Shown: positions 12,133 through 25,528 of the stretch, in pieces
Position numbering within the stretch: position 1 is the first letter of the stretch
How the letters are laid out: each line of letters begins with the position of its first letter
From: Carcharhinus amblyrhynchos
Lineage: Eukaryota
DNA length: 64,000 bases
Reading direction: 5' to 3'
Assembly (NCBI GenBank): GCA_965287045.1
Contig: OZ336881.1
Location: 45,446,001 to 45,510,000 of the forward strand
Program-made: the position numbers and the translations under genes
Notes under the pieces: generated by a model
Databases searched by the model: none
The model's input: only the letters and a program-made list of their open reading frames with translations
Told to the model about the DNA's origin: nothing

Positions 12133-13215
12133 TAAATTTTACCACCTCTCTGTACCCAGCAATCAGCATGGCGAGTTAGGAAAATAGTGTGCAAAGCTAA
12201 AACTCCGACTCACACCTGGTACAAATCAGTTTGCAATCTTTTGGCCATTTTTGAATGGCTCAAACACCTTAAAGCCCAGAAAGAGCCTGAAGTCGATTGG
12301 CAAATTTAAGATCGTATTTAAATATTCATAGCCCATTCACATTCCAGCACATGGGACCTTCAGGCCTTAGGGCGCAGCGCCATAATGGTGGAGACTACTG
12401 GTCTCCAGTACTACAGACCTGGCACGATGGTCACACTGGGGAGCTTGGGGGCCATTGAAGTCCCTTGGATGATCAAGTGCATGATCTGGCAGTGGTCATG
12501 CACAGGTGGTGCCCGCTGTGCACCTGCAGTGCCCACCACACATCCTGGCGGTGGCTACCAGGCACCCCAGCAGTGCAAAATGGGGAGCACTGTTGTGCCA
12601 GTTGGGCACCAATAATATGCTTGAAGCAGTGCTGCGGGGTGGGGCCAAGGTGGGGGCCATGACAAGATGGCTCTGTGAGAGGGGCCATGCAGGGATGGAT
12701 CTTGGAGGGAGGGGGCTATGATGGGGAGGCATGCCAGGGCCATGATCGAGGGTATATCAGGGGTCCAACAGGGGCACCCATCAGGAGGGCCTTGATGCTC
12801 TAATGCAGGTGACCGCTGTGGGGTTGGGGGAGGAAGCATGCTGCCTATGAGGAAGAGACCTAATGTGTGTTGAGGGGGGTGGGCTGGAAGGGGGTCTCCC
12901 AATGCACCGTGAGATCAGGGCACCCTTGCGAAACAGCGCCCGAGCTCTCTGCAACTGGATCACCAGCGTGTTTCGGACCTGCTGCCGTCAGTATTGCTGC
13001 ACACCACTACGTTGCAAAACAGTGACAGAGCAACTCTCCAAAAAGAAACTCTGGCTATTCAAACATACATACAAGGTTAAAAACTGCTCCTACCAGGTCG
13101 TAGCTGCATATGTTGGCTTTCAGACACCAACTTCATTAAAATCACACATGAGTGAAGGAAGCTGGTAACTTATATAGGTGACTCCTTCATGAACCATTGA
13201 CGTGAAATTTAGAAT
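12133..13215 (+). mobile_element. MITE-like element (family C)
   Basis: Shares blocks with 45058-46190 (atattcatagcccatt; ggggtctcccaatgcaccgtgagatcagggcacccttgc). Confidence 0.55.
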
Positions 13216-15668
13216 CTCACTCCATTCCTATCCTCTATTTCTTGGCTCCCCTTATGAAAATGGTGGAGTCCGGATTTGGAGGGGGGGCTTGAGTTCAGGC
13301 CCGTATCATCAAATTTGAAGATAGATCATTGCAATGAACTAAGTGATTAGTGAAATTGTTTTGCAATTCATTTGTGTGTGTTGTGCTATTTGTTCTTAAT
13401 GTGAAGCCTGGAAGCATTTCATGTGGAATGGATCTATTGTCCATTGCTGATTTAGCATACAATGGTTGTGCCTGAAATGTAAACCTAATGTTCTGTTTAA
13501 CACTTGCACTTTGATGTTTTGTACTATGTAAATGAACTTATCCTCTTCACTACATGGTTGTTTTTCATTGCAACTATTTGGTCAATGATACCTGAGAGAC
13601 AGTTCTGAGCTCAAATTTGATGCATTAACATGTGATTTTTGGCTGACTGATCTCGGGGTAAAGGTATGTTATAATAGGAGCATTGATTGATTGAGCAAAT
13701 GCATTTGGAGGAATTTAAGTCAAGTCCACAAAAGCCCAACAAAAGTGGTCAATGTTGTTATTGTACTAATTAGCACAACAGCATGAAACCTTGTGACAGA
13801 AAGTATACTCTTAAACCTCCAGTTAAATCACAGAATTAAAAAAAATGCTCTTTGCTGCAGAATGACCAATTTCAGTACAGCAAATAGTAAAGATGTAAAT
13901 CAATTTGCATGATTCTGAGGGAGATGAGGAAGTAAGCTAATTTGACAGAAAACCCAGCTGACGTATTAGCATACTTAGTCTGCAGGAGGAACAGGCACCA
14001 ATGAAACAAGGTACAGCAGCTTGACTTGTACTATAAACTGTGCAGAGTTATTCAGTCCTGAGAGGCAAATAACCATAATTAGGCTAACACCAAACTGATC
14101 ATTTATTTGTTCTTCCTCAGCCATAAAGACAAAGCAGTTTAATTTTCCATTTCACCATTCTGAGCTAGAAATAAGTAGTGCTGTTTTAAAAGCAGCGTAT
14201 TCATGAATGCAGTATAGATCTTGTGACAAATGGTTGAAAAATATGAACAAAATATGGTTTGCTCATGATCAGTTTTCACACCAAAGTACTCTTGATAATG
14301 AGAACAAGGCTAATCAATAATATAGCCAATAATATAGTTCATTCTCCAATTAATGAGATAACTTACAGAATTAGATTATGGGTTTGTGATTTTTCAAACA
14401 CACTGTTTGTTCAATCAATTGATTACTAATCTCCTGTTTCATGTGTAATTTACACACACCTTGAAATGCTGCATAAATAGGACTGAAAGTTTTGGCTGTG
14501 AAATTAGACTCATTGGTAAACCAAAGTGGCTTGTTGATAAATTTTGTCAATACTTGATAATATTCTTCCGTTGTGCAATTTAATGAAAATATACCCAAAC
14601 TTATGTTTCTTCAAAGTTGGAATCAGTAAATAATTTTGAATTTATGGACATACATAGAGTTAGAAGTTCATTATAGATGGTAGAGAGTGAGAAGCATGAG
14701 AATACCAGTTAATTTTATGGCAAATATATTGGGTGCTGTGCCTTTATGTATCCTGTTCCTGTGATAGATGTAGCAATAATTTTGTTCAAAGTATAAAACA
14801 GAAGTTTATTCATTTGTACTTAGTTTTAAAAACAGAATATCACAGATACGGAAAGGTTTCAAAGATTTCAATTGCCAAATGTTACCCATTGTTTCACTGT
14901 TCTGCTGCAGCTAGTTGTCAATTTAAAAAAAAGATTCATGTTATGGTACTCATGAATCAGCCTTAGAATTTGGATAAATATTGAAATGGTAACTCCCCAT
15001 ACAAATAAAACAACTTTTGTATGAGATGAATTCAATCTGCATAATTGGCGGGCATGCTATTTTTGTAAAGAGACTAAACATTGCAAATTTCAGCAACAAT
15101 TAGAATTTCAGTTGTGATGCTGATATTTTGGGTGGAATATAGTCCAACAGTCAGGATCTTACTCATCATTGGAGAGCTGGCAGGAACCCCTGTCACCTCC
15201 TTTAGAGAAGGCGTGTCACATCAAATGCTAGTCAAAGTTGCAGCAAATCTTCCCTAGGTTCAAGGACCCCAGGAATGGAAATCCAAAATGAGAACAGCAG
15301 CTCCTCATTACCATGGGTGCCATAGAGATGTATCTGCTGCAAAACACTCATTAGAGCTATGGGTGAGTTGAGGGTGAGATGGGTGTCAAAGATGGAGGTC
15401 ATTAGCTGGTGAGAAGGGGCAGACTAGCACCCTCCTTCCCAGTGCTGCGTCCCTTGATCAGTATGGAGCACTTGACAACAAAGAAACCCCCGGGCATTGC
15501 TTTTCGAGTTGCCCACCTAGTGACGACTTCATCCACTTTTAATTGAATAATGGTAGTTGTAGGAGGAGGCCCTTAAATGGGCATTAATTGTTCACTTAAA
15601 GGCCTTAATTGGCATCAGGGTGGTGTGGGGGGATCAGCATTTGCCCCATAGCTGTTGAATGTTTCGCA

Positions 15669-15972
15669 GGCAGTATGCATGCATATAGTCGTGGTTAGCA
15701 CTGCTCACAGTGCCAGGGACCCGAGTTCAATTCCTGACTCGGGTCGCTGTCTGTGCGGAGTCTGCATGTTTTCACCATGTCTGTGTGGGTTTCCTCTGAA
15801 TGCTCAAGTTTCCTCTCACAGTCCGAAAGACATGCCTGTTAGGTGCATTGGCATGCTAAGTTGTCCCTCAGTGTAAACGAGCAGGCGCCAGAGGGAGGTG
15901 ACTAGGGGATTTTCACAGTAACTTCATTGCAGTGTTAACGTAAACCTACTTGTGACACTAATAAATAAAATT
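15669..15972 (+). mobile_element. HE1-like V-SINE with alternative 3' tail
   Basis: gtggttagcactgc...gggacccgagttcaattcc head, V core, tail ttttcacagtaacttcattgcagtgtta...aataaataa. Confidence 0.85.
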
Positions 15973-16074
15973 TAAACTACTTCATGCCATCTGCTAATTT
16001 AAATAATTGTAATATCTGACCAGCACTCAAAGCAGTGTTGAGTAGCTGTGCACCTGACCCACGCACCCGGACAT

Positions 16075-17058
16075 TGGGCCCGATTTTATCGTTGCATACA
16101 GGTGCAAAAACTTGGTAAAGTTGGGTATGAAGCGATTATTGTGATCCGTGCCTGCATCCACGCAGATGCCCACTTTACCAAGGCCTGAAAATGGCCATGA
16201 TACAAACTGTGCCCGAAAAGGGCACAATGTCAATTTGAATGCATTTGCATGCATTTAAATTGACATAATGAGCTGGATGCCCAAACTTACCTGCATTTCC
16301 CCTTTCCCGTCGCATTCGCATGTCCAGATTTGGCACAAAACAGACGTGCTCGGCAAAGGTCTATTTCGGGCATTCCAGTTTCTGAAGAGGTAAGTTCGGA
16401 GCTTCCAACGGCTCTCTAACTCAGATTGGTGGTTGGGCGGGGGTGGGGTGGGAGGTAGGTGAGGCAGATCATTCTCTGGTGGTTGGGAGGAGGAGGAGGC
16501 GGGACAGATGTATCTCTGGTGGGAGGAGGGAGGAGAGGAGGAGGGCCCGTTCATTCTCTGGTGGAGGAAGAGGGAAGCCCGATCATTCTGTGGTGGGGGG
16601 GTGGGAAGGAGGAGGGAGGCAGGTCAGATGTATTTCTGGTGGGGGGGCGGGGGGGGGGGTGGGGGGCAGCAGGGAGGAAGAGGCAGGGCAGGGAGATCCG
16701 CTGCACTCTGCGGATGATCGTGGAGGGAAAACGGGGCAGAGGGTCACGATCGGTCTGGGTGGATAAGGTGGACAGTTATGTTGTGGGGGTGGGACAATGC
16801 CTGTGAGGGCCATCACTCCCGCTTTTTGCCATGTGACAGATGCGTTTTTCCAATGTTTTTTCGCTGCACATGCGTTGTTCAAAGCTCCGATCGGAGCTGC
16901 AGCATTTCAGGTGCAATTAGCCCCACCCACAACGCAATTCAGACTCATGATTTTTTTTAAGGCTATGTGCGTATGGGGGCACTGAAGAGCAATTTTCCAA
17001 ATTGGATCTGAATTGTGCCCAGATTCAGCACTTAGAATCAAAATGGTAAAATTGGGCC
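16075..17058 (+). mobile_element. MITE-like element (family B) with terminal inverted repeats
   Basis: Left ggcccgattttatc, right ggtaaaattgggcc. G-rich repetitive core at 16430-16800. Confidence 0.75.
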
Positions 17059-17092
17059 AATTGTCTCTTCCACTTTCTTCCGTTGGGAAAAA

Positions 17093-17338
17093 GATACAAA
17101 AGTCTGAGGTCACGTACCAACCGACTCAAGAGCAGCTTCTTCCCTGCTGCCGTCAGACTTTTGAAAGGACTGATCTTGCATTAAGTTGATTTTTCTCTAC
17201 ACCCTAGCTATGGCTGTAACTCTACATTCTGCACTCTCTCGTTTCCTTCTCTATGAACAGTATGGTTTGTCTGTAGAGCACGCAAGAAACAATGCTTTTC
17301 ACTGTATGTTAATACATGTGATAATAAATCAAATCAAG
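17093..17338 (+). mobile_element. Rex1/Babar LINE 3' end
   Basis: Encodes YKSLRSRTNRLKSSFFPAAVRLL, followed by a 3' UTR and an aataaatcaaatca tail. Confidence 0.8.
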
Positions 17339-17749
17339 AGGTAAAAATTGGGATGCCAGTTGTGATAAAACAGATTCCTGGAGGTTTCATCACAACTTTT
17401 TTGAACCCCATCTGACTTTGTGGCCAAAAGGTTTATACATATGTTGTCAATCATTATAGCATTGCCCCCATGCTGCAGCCATTCGTCAGCCAACACAACC
17501 ATTCTTGTGATGTACTACCTTTCTATGCTACTTGTAAAGCAAAAAAGATTAATTGCCCAATTGGATGATGCGTCATTGTCAGCAAAACAGCCTTTTTCTT
17601 CCCCATTTGAAATATTTATATAACTGGTGGAGAAATTTAAAGAAAATGGCAGTGATTTTTCTCCAGGATTGCACGTAGCTCTATCCTGGAGATTGATCAT
17701 CAGTTCATGGAGGGTCCAGGCCAATCTTGGACATTTGGCAATACTACCT

Positions 17750-19380
17750 CCAAAATTGTCAGAGGCTCGCATGAGTTGGAGCTTGCCTGCACTATGCAAA
17801 TTCACCCAGTTCCTCATAAGAAGTAATGCATTGTGGCTGATGCAAGTGCGGGAAGCCATTATTTAACTTATTCTGACCCTGGAAAGACATGATAATGGCA
17901 CAAGATTGCAGACAGCAAGGGAAGAGGGATATAATTTATCCAGAGGGCACCAGGAGAGTCATCCAACCCCTCTCCACTGCCTCCCTTCCCCCCCCCCCAA
18001 ACATGCATACATACGCACATGTATGCACACACATGCATGGGCATATACTTGATAGAGTATAGAGTGCTGCAAAAGATTCACGCATGTTGTCAAGGACAGT
18101 GTATGTACCTTCAAATGTCATATCCCACCAATTGCACTCAGAGCCTCACACATATTGCTCAATGCACCATGCCTCCATCATTCACCTATTATCGTGACTC
18201 AAACATTCACATTGCTTATATCCGTATCACCTCAACCATTTAGAACATATGTTTGCCTCTTACCCATATCCCACAGCTTGCACAGACTACCAATTAGTCC
18301 ACCATGACAGTCACAGACCCCAATTACATTGTATCAAACACATTATCGTACTTCTTTCTCACTTGTAGGACAAGGTGGGGCATAACTAGCGGGAAAAAAC
18401 ATCTACTTCATGGGAGACAGACAAGGCTGCACATTCTTTTCTGTTGGAGGAGACATGGGTCATAATTGTTGGAATGATTATAGTTGAGGCTGTGGTCAGT
18501 GGTGGGACTGTGACATCCTCATACATAATCCTGTTACTCTCTTTCCATTGTCCCGACATAGAATCTTTCTGATTTCCAAACTGCAGATAGTGTAAGCATA
18601 GAACTCTAACCTACTCCTCATGTCAGCCCTATCCTTGCACCTTCTTGCTTTTAGATATCCAAGAACTGAAACTTGGCCAGGCAGTAGGAAGAGGAAAATC
18701 TAGAGAAGTAGGAGACAGTGACACAGAAGGAAAATACAGTCTCTTGCTCTCATTACCAGCCACCCATTCAAATGATGACTCTGCACATACTTTAGAGAAA
18801 AGCCAATGGGTGGAATCTGCATGTGATGAGACATGGGACATGAATGGCCCACAACTATCGCAGGATGCAAGGGTAACACGAGTGCTGCTTGCCAGAGGAA
18901 AATCACACTCAAAGTGCTTGTGTTGAGGATTCACTCAGATGAGGACTTCCATAGAGGAGGCAATGAAAACTAATGGATGTGCAAAAATAAAAGCTTTTAG
19001 TGTATTGGCAGGCCAGAAAGCCTGTGTACAATACCAAGGAACGTGGACAAGACTGGCAGCAACTTAAGAAAGGCCTTTGAGCAGAGCTTGGAACTGACCT
19101 TTTCGGTGTGGGGGTGGTAGCCAATTCTATTAGCATACAGTCTGATGATTTGGCTGCTGTCTGAAGTTATGCAAAGTCAGCTTTCTGTCACAAAAGCTCA
19201 GAATAATGCCACCATAGCTTGCAGATATCAGTGTTCAAAATGAGTTATCAAGGTATCACAGTAGTCCAGCAATTTGTTTTTCAATAGATTACCAGAATTT
19301 TGCTGAAGCATTGACCTGGAAAAGTAGCAGTGAGTCTGAGTCTGTTGTCATCCCTCATGTTGGATGCTTTTGTCCTTCCA
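17750..19380 (+). pseudogene. Decayed PIF/Harbinger Myb/SANT-like gene (spliced)
   Basis: W..QVRE-like SANT end near 17830-17870. Acceptor at 18367-18368 followed by DKVGHN*RE. Second acceptor at 18653-18654. Confidence 0.55.
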
Positions 19381-19384
19381 CTCA

Positions 19385-19705
19385 TAGAAATCAAATCATA
19401 GAAACCCTACAGTGCAGAAAGAGGCCATTTGGCCCATCAAGTCTGCAGCGACAACAATCCCAGCCCATACCCTATCCCCACAACACCACACATTTACCTC
19501 ACTAATCCCTCTAACCTACACATTCTGGGATACTAGGAGGCAATTTAGCATGACTAATCAACCTAACCCGCACATCTTTGGATAATGGGAGGAAACCCAC
19601 ACAGACAGGGGGAGAACGTGCAAACTCCACACAGATGGTGACCCAAGCCAGGAATCCCAAGAGCTGTGAGGCAGCAGTGCTAACCATTGTACCTCCGTGC
19701 TGCCC
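19385..19705 (-). mobile_element. HE1-type V-SINE inserted in the Harbinger relic
   Basis: Complete head, V core and tail. The direct repeat ccactca at 19378-19384 and 19710-19716 is a probable target-site duplication. Confidence 0.9.
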
Positions 19706-20399
19706 AGTGCCACTCACCCAGTGCCCTTTCTGCTGCCTCTCAGCCAGCATGACCAGATGGCATTCCAGGACCAGTGTTGCTCAAGGCCTTCTGCATTGCC
19801 CTCAGTGTAAGTCAGTAACCTTCTACCAGTCACAAGGCAGCTGCTGAGATAGCACTGCATCGGAACACTAGACCAATCAAAGGCACATGGAAGGCAGGCA
19901 TGAATGGAATGGAAAGGGTTGTGGGTTGACATTTAGATGAAATATTGGTTTGTTTGATTTGTGTATTTGACTTGGAATGTGTATTTCCTGAAGGTCTTAG
20001 TGGTCATAATGAGGGGATTGTATGGTTTTGGGCTGCTTGTAAATTGAAAACAGTATTTGTATTTATCAGTATTACAGTTGAATGAATTAATCACAGACTG
20101 GCCAGAAATGGGTTGTGTATGGATTTTCAGAACTGCATGTTGTTACAATATTATTTGGGCGATGAAGGTAAAGCCAAGTGTGGAGAATAATACCTCAAAA
20201 CCTTCCAGCTTGCAGGCAGCATTGGAAGGAATTAATGGGGAGTAAGTTTAAGTATGGGAAGTGTGCATGATAACATGATGCTAATGAGGGTGCACATCAC
20301 TCTTTACCCTAAGATGATGGTGAGCCTCTAGTAAAAATGTTGAATATTGTTGTTGAAAATCCAAACCATTCATTCATCTGCTACTCAAGTCCTAGACAA

Positions 20400-21220
20400 T
20401 ATTGTTAACTCCAGCTGCCCTTTGAAATGACTTGGCAAACTATACTGATGTCGAAAAAAACGACTCTTCCAGAAGGTCCACTATCTTCTGAAGACTTATT
20501 GCTTAAAAGCCCACTCTATTCTTCCTTCCATTCACTCCTTTATAACCATAGCACCAAATACTATCTATCCATTTTGCTCCTGCTATCCCAGTCTGAAATG
20601 CAGCCTTTCCTTCCTTCTACACTTTCTATTTCTCTGATGGTCTCCCTGCATCTAGTCATTGTCCTCCTACCCAGCACATGCAGTGAGCAACTGCAAAAAG
20701 ATATCATGATTCACGCCTTCATTGAGTCAGCCAATTTCTATCTTTGTAACCTTACCCATCTCTGCGCTTGCTTGAGATCTTTTGCAGCTGAAGCCCGTGC
20801 CTTTATTATCTCTGGCTTCAATTATTCCAGTACACTTCTGGCTAGCCTCCCACCCTCCATAAATTGAATGAATCCAAAGTTTGCTTCTGTTGTCCTAAGT
20901 TGTATCAAGTCCCACTCAGTCATTTACATTTGCTTGCTGATCTACAGTGGTTCCCAGTTAAACAACACCTTAATATTAAAACGTTAATCCTTCCACCAAA
21001 TCCCAAAATGGTCTTGGTACCTCCCCATCTCTGTAAACTCCACCAGCCCAATAACTACAACAACAACCATCTCCAGTATACCAGTGTCCTGCTGCTCCCC
21101 CTCCCCACCCCTGCCTCTGGCTTCAGATCTCTTCTGGTCAGTTAAACATTTCCGATTTTAATCACTTCACCATTGAAGCCATGATTTTATCAGTCCAGGC
21201 AAAGTGTGACATAAATAGAG
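20400..21220 (+). mobile_element. Degenerate L2 LINE 3' region
   Basis: Encodes ANFYLCNL...AFIISGFNYSSTLLASLP and LLADLQWFPVKQ, decayed versions of the L2 motifs SRLDYxNxLLAGLP and LHWLPV. Confidence 0.7.
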
Positions 21221-21341
21221 TTTATTTTTGTTAGTTCAAGCACCATAAATGTTAAAGAACTTGAAATCACTTTTATCAATACTATTTACTTTCTCCCTGA
21301 AGACTCCACTCCAAACATTCTTATAGCAGGAACTCAAGATC

Positions 21342-21820
21342 AACAGCATTTTGTATTTTACACTGCACCTTTAATACACCAAAATATTCCAAGGTGCTTT
21401 GCAGGACCATTAACAAACAGAATTTAACACCAAGCTACATAAAGACATTATTGGGGCACATGATCAAAAGCTTGGTTAAAGTGTTCAATTTTAAAGAGTC
21501 CCTTATATGAGGAAAGAGGGACAGAGAGATGGAAATGTTTTGGGAGGAAATTTCAGAGCCTTCAGTGTTGAAGCTGAAGGCATAGCTGTGACTGGTGAAG
21601 TGATTAAAATGAAGAATGCTTAAGAAACCAGAACTCTCAGGGTTTAGGATTCAAGGAAGCTGTAGAATGGAAATTTTAAAATAAAAATAAGAACTTTGGA
21701 ATTGATGTTGTGTTTAAGTGAGAGCCAGTCTAGGTTAGCGAGCCCGATGGTGCTGGATGAATGGTATTTGATGTGAATTAAGACATGGCAGCAGAGTTTT
21801 GGATGACTTCAAGTTTATAT
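21342..21820 (-). mobile_element. Degenerate L2 LINE 3' region
   Basis: Antisense L2-type tail (ttgtattttacactgcaccttta...ccaaggtgctttgca) and gggaggaaatttcagag motif. Confidence 0.6.
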
Positions 21821-22894
21821 AGCTGGTATTGTTCAAAAAGTGGTTGTGTCTTCCTTAGCTTCGACTCTCCTGTCCTCAACACAAGACCTCAGAAACCCAC
21901 CACATTGCTCCCTTCTCACCCAGCATGAATTGAAAAGTCAGTGGAGAACGGCACGCCTACATTTCTGTGTAACTGGGAGCTGGATAGCAATGTGACTGTG
22001 GTTGAGGTGGCCCATAATTGTACAACCTCAATGAAAAAGTACTGCTAGCATTCTCAAACAAATTTTAAATAACATAATTGTACTATGGTTTATAAACAAT
22101 CAGTAGACTTGCCAATGTATTGAATGCTATTACATAAAACAATTGATAAACCAAATCACCATTAATGACTTTGTACTGCCAGTACCATTGTTAAAAAGTT
22201 ACCAGTGGAATCATTATTTGGCATAGAGACAACCTTATGTAACACATTGATTACTACTTTTTAATGCAATTCGAAAGAAATTGGGGGAAAAAAACTCACC
22301 AAAGATGAAGTGAAAATTAATCTACGCAGTGAAATGCATGACATTTTTTGCATTATTTTGCAAGACCTTATTATCAGTCATATATAATTTGTCATGTCTT
22401 TTCTGGCACTCCACACACAATTAAGCTAAATTACAGCAGGATTTTCCAATGAGGGGACAATCCACTCCGCCACATTATTGACCTTACAATGAAGGCAAAA
22501 ATTCACCCAATGTTTGTAAACCTAGCATGGTTCTTATAAATTCATTAGTTGTTGTCTCATCAGCTTGTCAGTCAGTGGACCGAACTAAATTAAAGTCTAA
22601 TAGAAATCTTCAACTTGACTAGGATAATGAAAATAACTGAAGTGGTAAGGGTGAATGTGTTTTCAGTTCCTCGACAGGAAAGTTCCTGAAAGCTCAGAAA
22701 TGCTAAGAGAAGGCAAGATTTTTCATTCCTATGTGGGCTGCTTTGCAGTGTAGTAAGTCAGCAGGAGACTGCAGTAGCAAGCTGCCATTGAATACAAGGA
22801 GCAGGTAGCCAATTCAATCATGTCAACTTTCCACTGAATGATTAGGTTAAATTGTCTTTATCCTATTTCTAGACTATGCAAGTCTGTCGCTTAC

Positions 22895-23972
22895 TTTTTA
22901 TTCATTCATGGGAGATGGGCGCCGCTGGCTGGCCAGCATTTATTGCTCATCCCTCGTTGCCCCTGAGAAGGTGGTGGTGAGCTACCTTCTTGAAACACTG
23001 TGGTACTTGTGCTTTAGGTTGACCCACAATGCCTTTAGGGAGGGAATTCCTGGATTTTGACCCAGCAACTGAGAGGGAACAGTGATATATTTCTGAATCA
23101 TGATGGTGAGTTGTTTGGAGAGGAATTTGCAGGTAGTGGTGTTCCCATGTATCTGTTGTCCTTATCCTTCAAAATGGAAGTGGTTGTGGGTTTGGAAGGT
23201 GCTGTTTAAGGATCTTTGATGAATTTCTGCAGTGCATCTTGTAGAAAGCACACATTGCTGCTACTGAGCGTGGGTGGTGGAGGGAGTTGGATGTTTGTGG
23301 ATGTGGTGCCAATCAAGCAGACTGCTTTGTTCTGTATGGTGTCTTGAGTATTGTTGGATCTGCACACATTCAGGCAGGTGGGGAGTATTCCATTACACTC
23401 CTGATTTGTGCCTTGTAGATGGTAAACAGGCTTAGAGGAGTCAGGAGGTGAGTTACTCGCTGCAGTATTCTAAAATTCGGACCTGCTCTTGTAGCCACTG
23501 TGTTTATGCGGTGAGTCCAGTTGAATTTCTAGTGAATGGTAACCCCAAGGAAGATGAAGTAGGGGTTTATGTGCTGATAACACCATTGAAAGTCAATGCA
23601 CCATGGTTAGATTCTCTTTTATTGGTGATGATCATTGTCTGGCATTTGTGTGGCACGAATATTACTTGCCACTTATCAGCTCAGGCCTGGATATTGTCCA
23701 GATCCTGTTGCATTTGAACTGTTTGTGGACTGCTTCAGTGTCTGAGGGGTTGCAAATACTGCTGAACATTGTACAATCATTGACAAACATCTCCACTTCT
23801 GACCTTATGATGGAGAGAAGATTGAATGCTGCCTTGATGTCAAGGCTCTCATTCTCGCCTCACTTCTCAATTCAGCTCTTTTGTCCATGTTTGAACCAAG
23901 GCTGTAATAAAGTCAGGAGCTGAGTTACCCTGGTGACACCCAAACTGGGTGTTGCTGAGCAGATTATTGCTT
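22895..23972 (-). mobile_element. CR1-clade LINE 3' fragment, distinct family
   Basis: Minus strand encodes LLTIYKAQIRSVMEYSP and other RT C-terminal motifs. Its 3' tail (atgctggccagccagc...cccatgaatgaataaaaa) matches the SINE at 37329-37713. Confidence 0.8.
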
Positions 23973-25439
23973 GTAACCTTGTGACACTCTACTGACTGAC
24001 TTGCATCAGTTTAGATTGCCAAAATATAATAGCAGTTTGTTTTTGCATTATTGGATACTTTTGTCCTTTTAAACAATTCAAAAGAGATCCCCAAATTTTC
24101 CAGAGAATAAAATAAATGGGCCAATCATTTGAAGAAAATGTAGCAAATTAGTCATTGTGAGGTAGACACTTTTCTTTGCTTGATCTACATCACTGCATTG
24201 TTACGAGACAATGTTCAATGTGAAACACGTCCAAAAGCCCATCAATGACTAAGTACTATCCTTTAAATATGACATTAACATGCACCTTTATAGAGGATAT
24301 TCTTTGTTTCTGAAGTGGAACAGTTTGTGTAGGATTAATTATTTCTGATGCTCTGACACAAGTGTCTTATTTGGCTTAGTGTTTGATATGCTCATTATTT
24401 TCTTCTGTCTGAGGATTACACTGGAAATTATTTGCCGAGAGTGATATCATAATGGTTGCAGTGTCTAGTTTTCCCAAAGAATGAAGCCTTTTTCATAATA
24501 GTGCAGTTGTAACAAGGTGCACTCTGAAAAAAATATTTTTTTCAAATAATAACTACAATCATATTTTCAGTGGAAATATTTTTTTTACATCGCTTGACAT
24601 TTATGCGCACAATAGGATGGATTAATCATGTACTGAATAGTGTTTTCAGGGTCTCCACACCATTGAACAGAAGGTAGCAGTGAATGACAGCTAAAGGACA
24701 GGATTTAGAAATAGAACAAAGATATGTGGTTAAGTCATTTTGCAGATGGATAATAGCTGCTGGGCAGGGGCTGCCTATACAATAGACTGAAATATGTCAT
24801 TGCTTTGAACATTGTTACTAACAATTCAACCTCTTCAAAGCAACACTGACAGTATTGTACTTGTAATAGGAAAGTATAAGGCTTTCATATCTTTAATAGC
24901 AGTTAAAGCTTTTTTCCCCAAAGCACTTGTTGTGAATGTTCTGTTTGAACTAACATTGGAAATTCACAACATACAATTACCAGCACCCAAGCTGTTTTCT
25001 AACTAATCATAATGTGATGGAAAGTCGAATCATTCTTCATCAATTTAAGGTTCTGGGTAGATTTCAAAACAGAATATTTGAATAGATAGATAGCAAATTG
25101 AAGTTAGACAAGATAAGCCAGCTTAAGTGCAAAAATGTCTTTGTATTGAACCTTGTGATTGTCTCTGGATTTTTATCATTAAATCAAAATTATCACGACC
25201 ATTTCATATTAAAGCAGAACAATTATTTTAAAGATATCAGTTTCTATCTATTAATATATTATTTAAACTCTCATGTGCAGAAATTTGTTTGTATAATACG
25301 GTTTCTAGCAACAGACTGAAGCCCCACAGGCATTTTCCATTGATATAATTGGAGAATGCCACATGGGCCATGAAAGTAACAAACCTTGGTACTGTCTGGC
25401 CACAGGGAATCATTGGTCCATAATTTCCTGGTTCCTCAG

Positions 25440-25528
25440 CATTAGGGGTTTAGCAAGGTAAATATGTGGAGTTGTGGGAATAGGGCCTGGGTGGGATTGT
25501 TGTCAGTGCAGACTCGAAGGGCCAAATT
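25440..25528 (+). mobile_element. HE1 SINE 3' fragment
   Basis: ggtaaatatgtgg...gggaatagggcctgggtgggattgttgtc...gcagactcgaagggccaaat matches the tails of the other HE1 copies. Confidence 0.7.
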
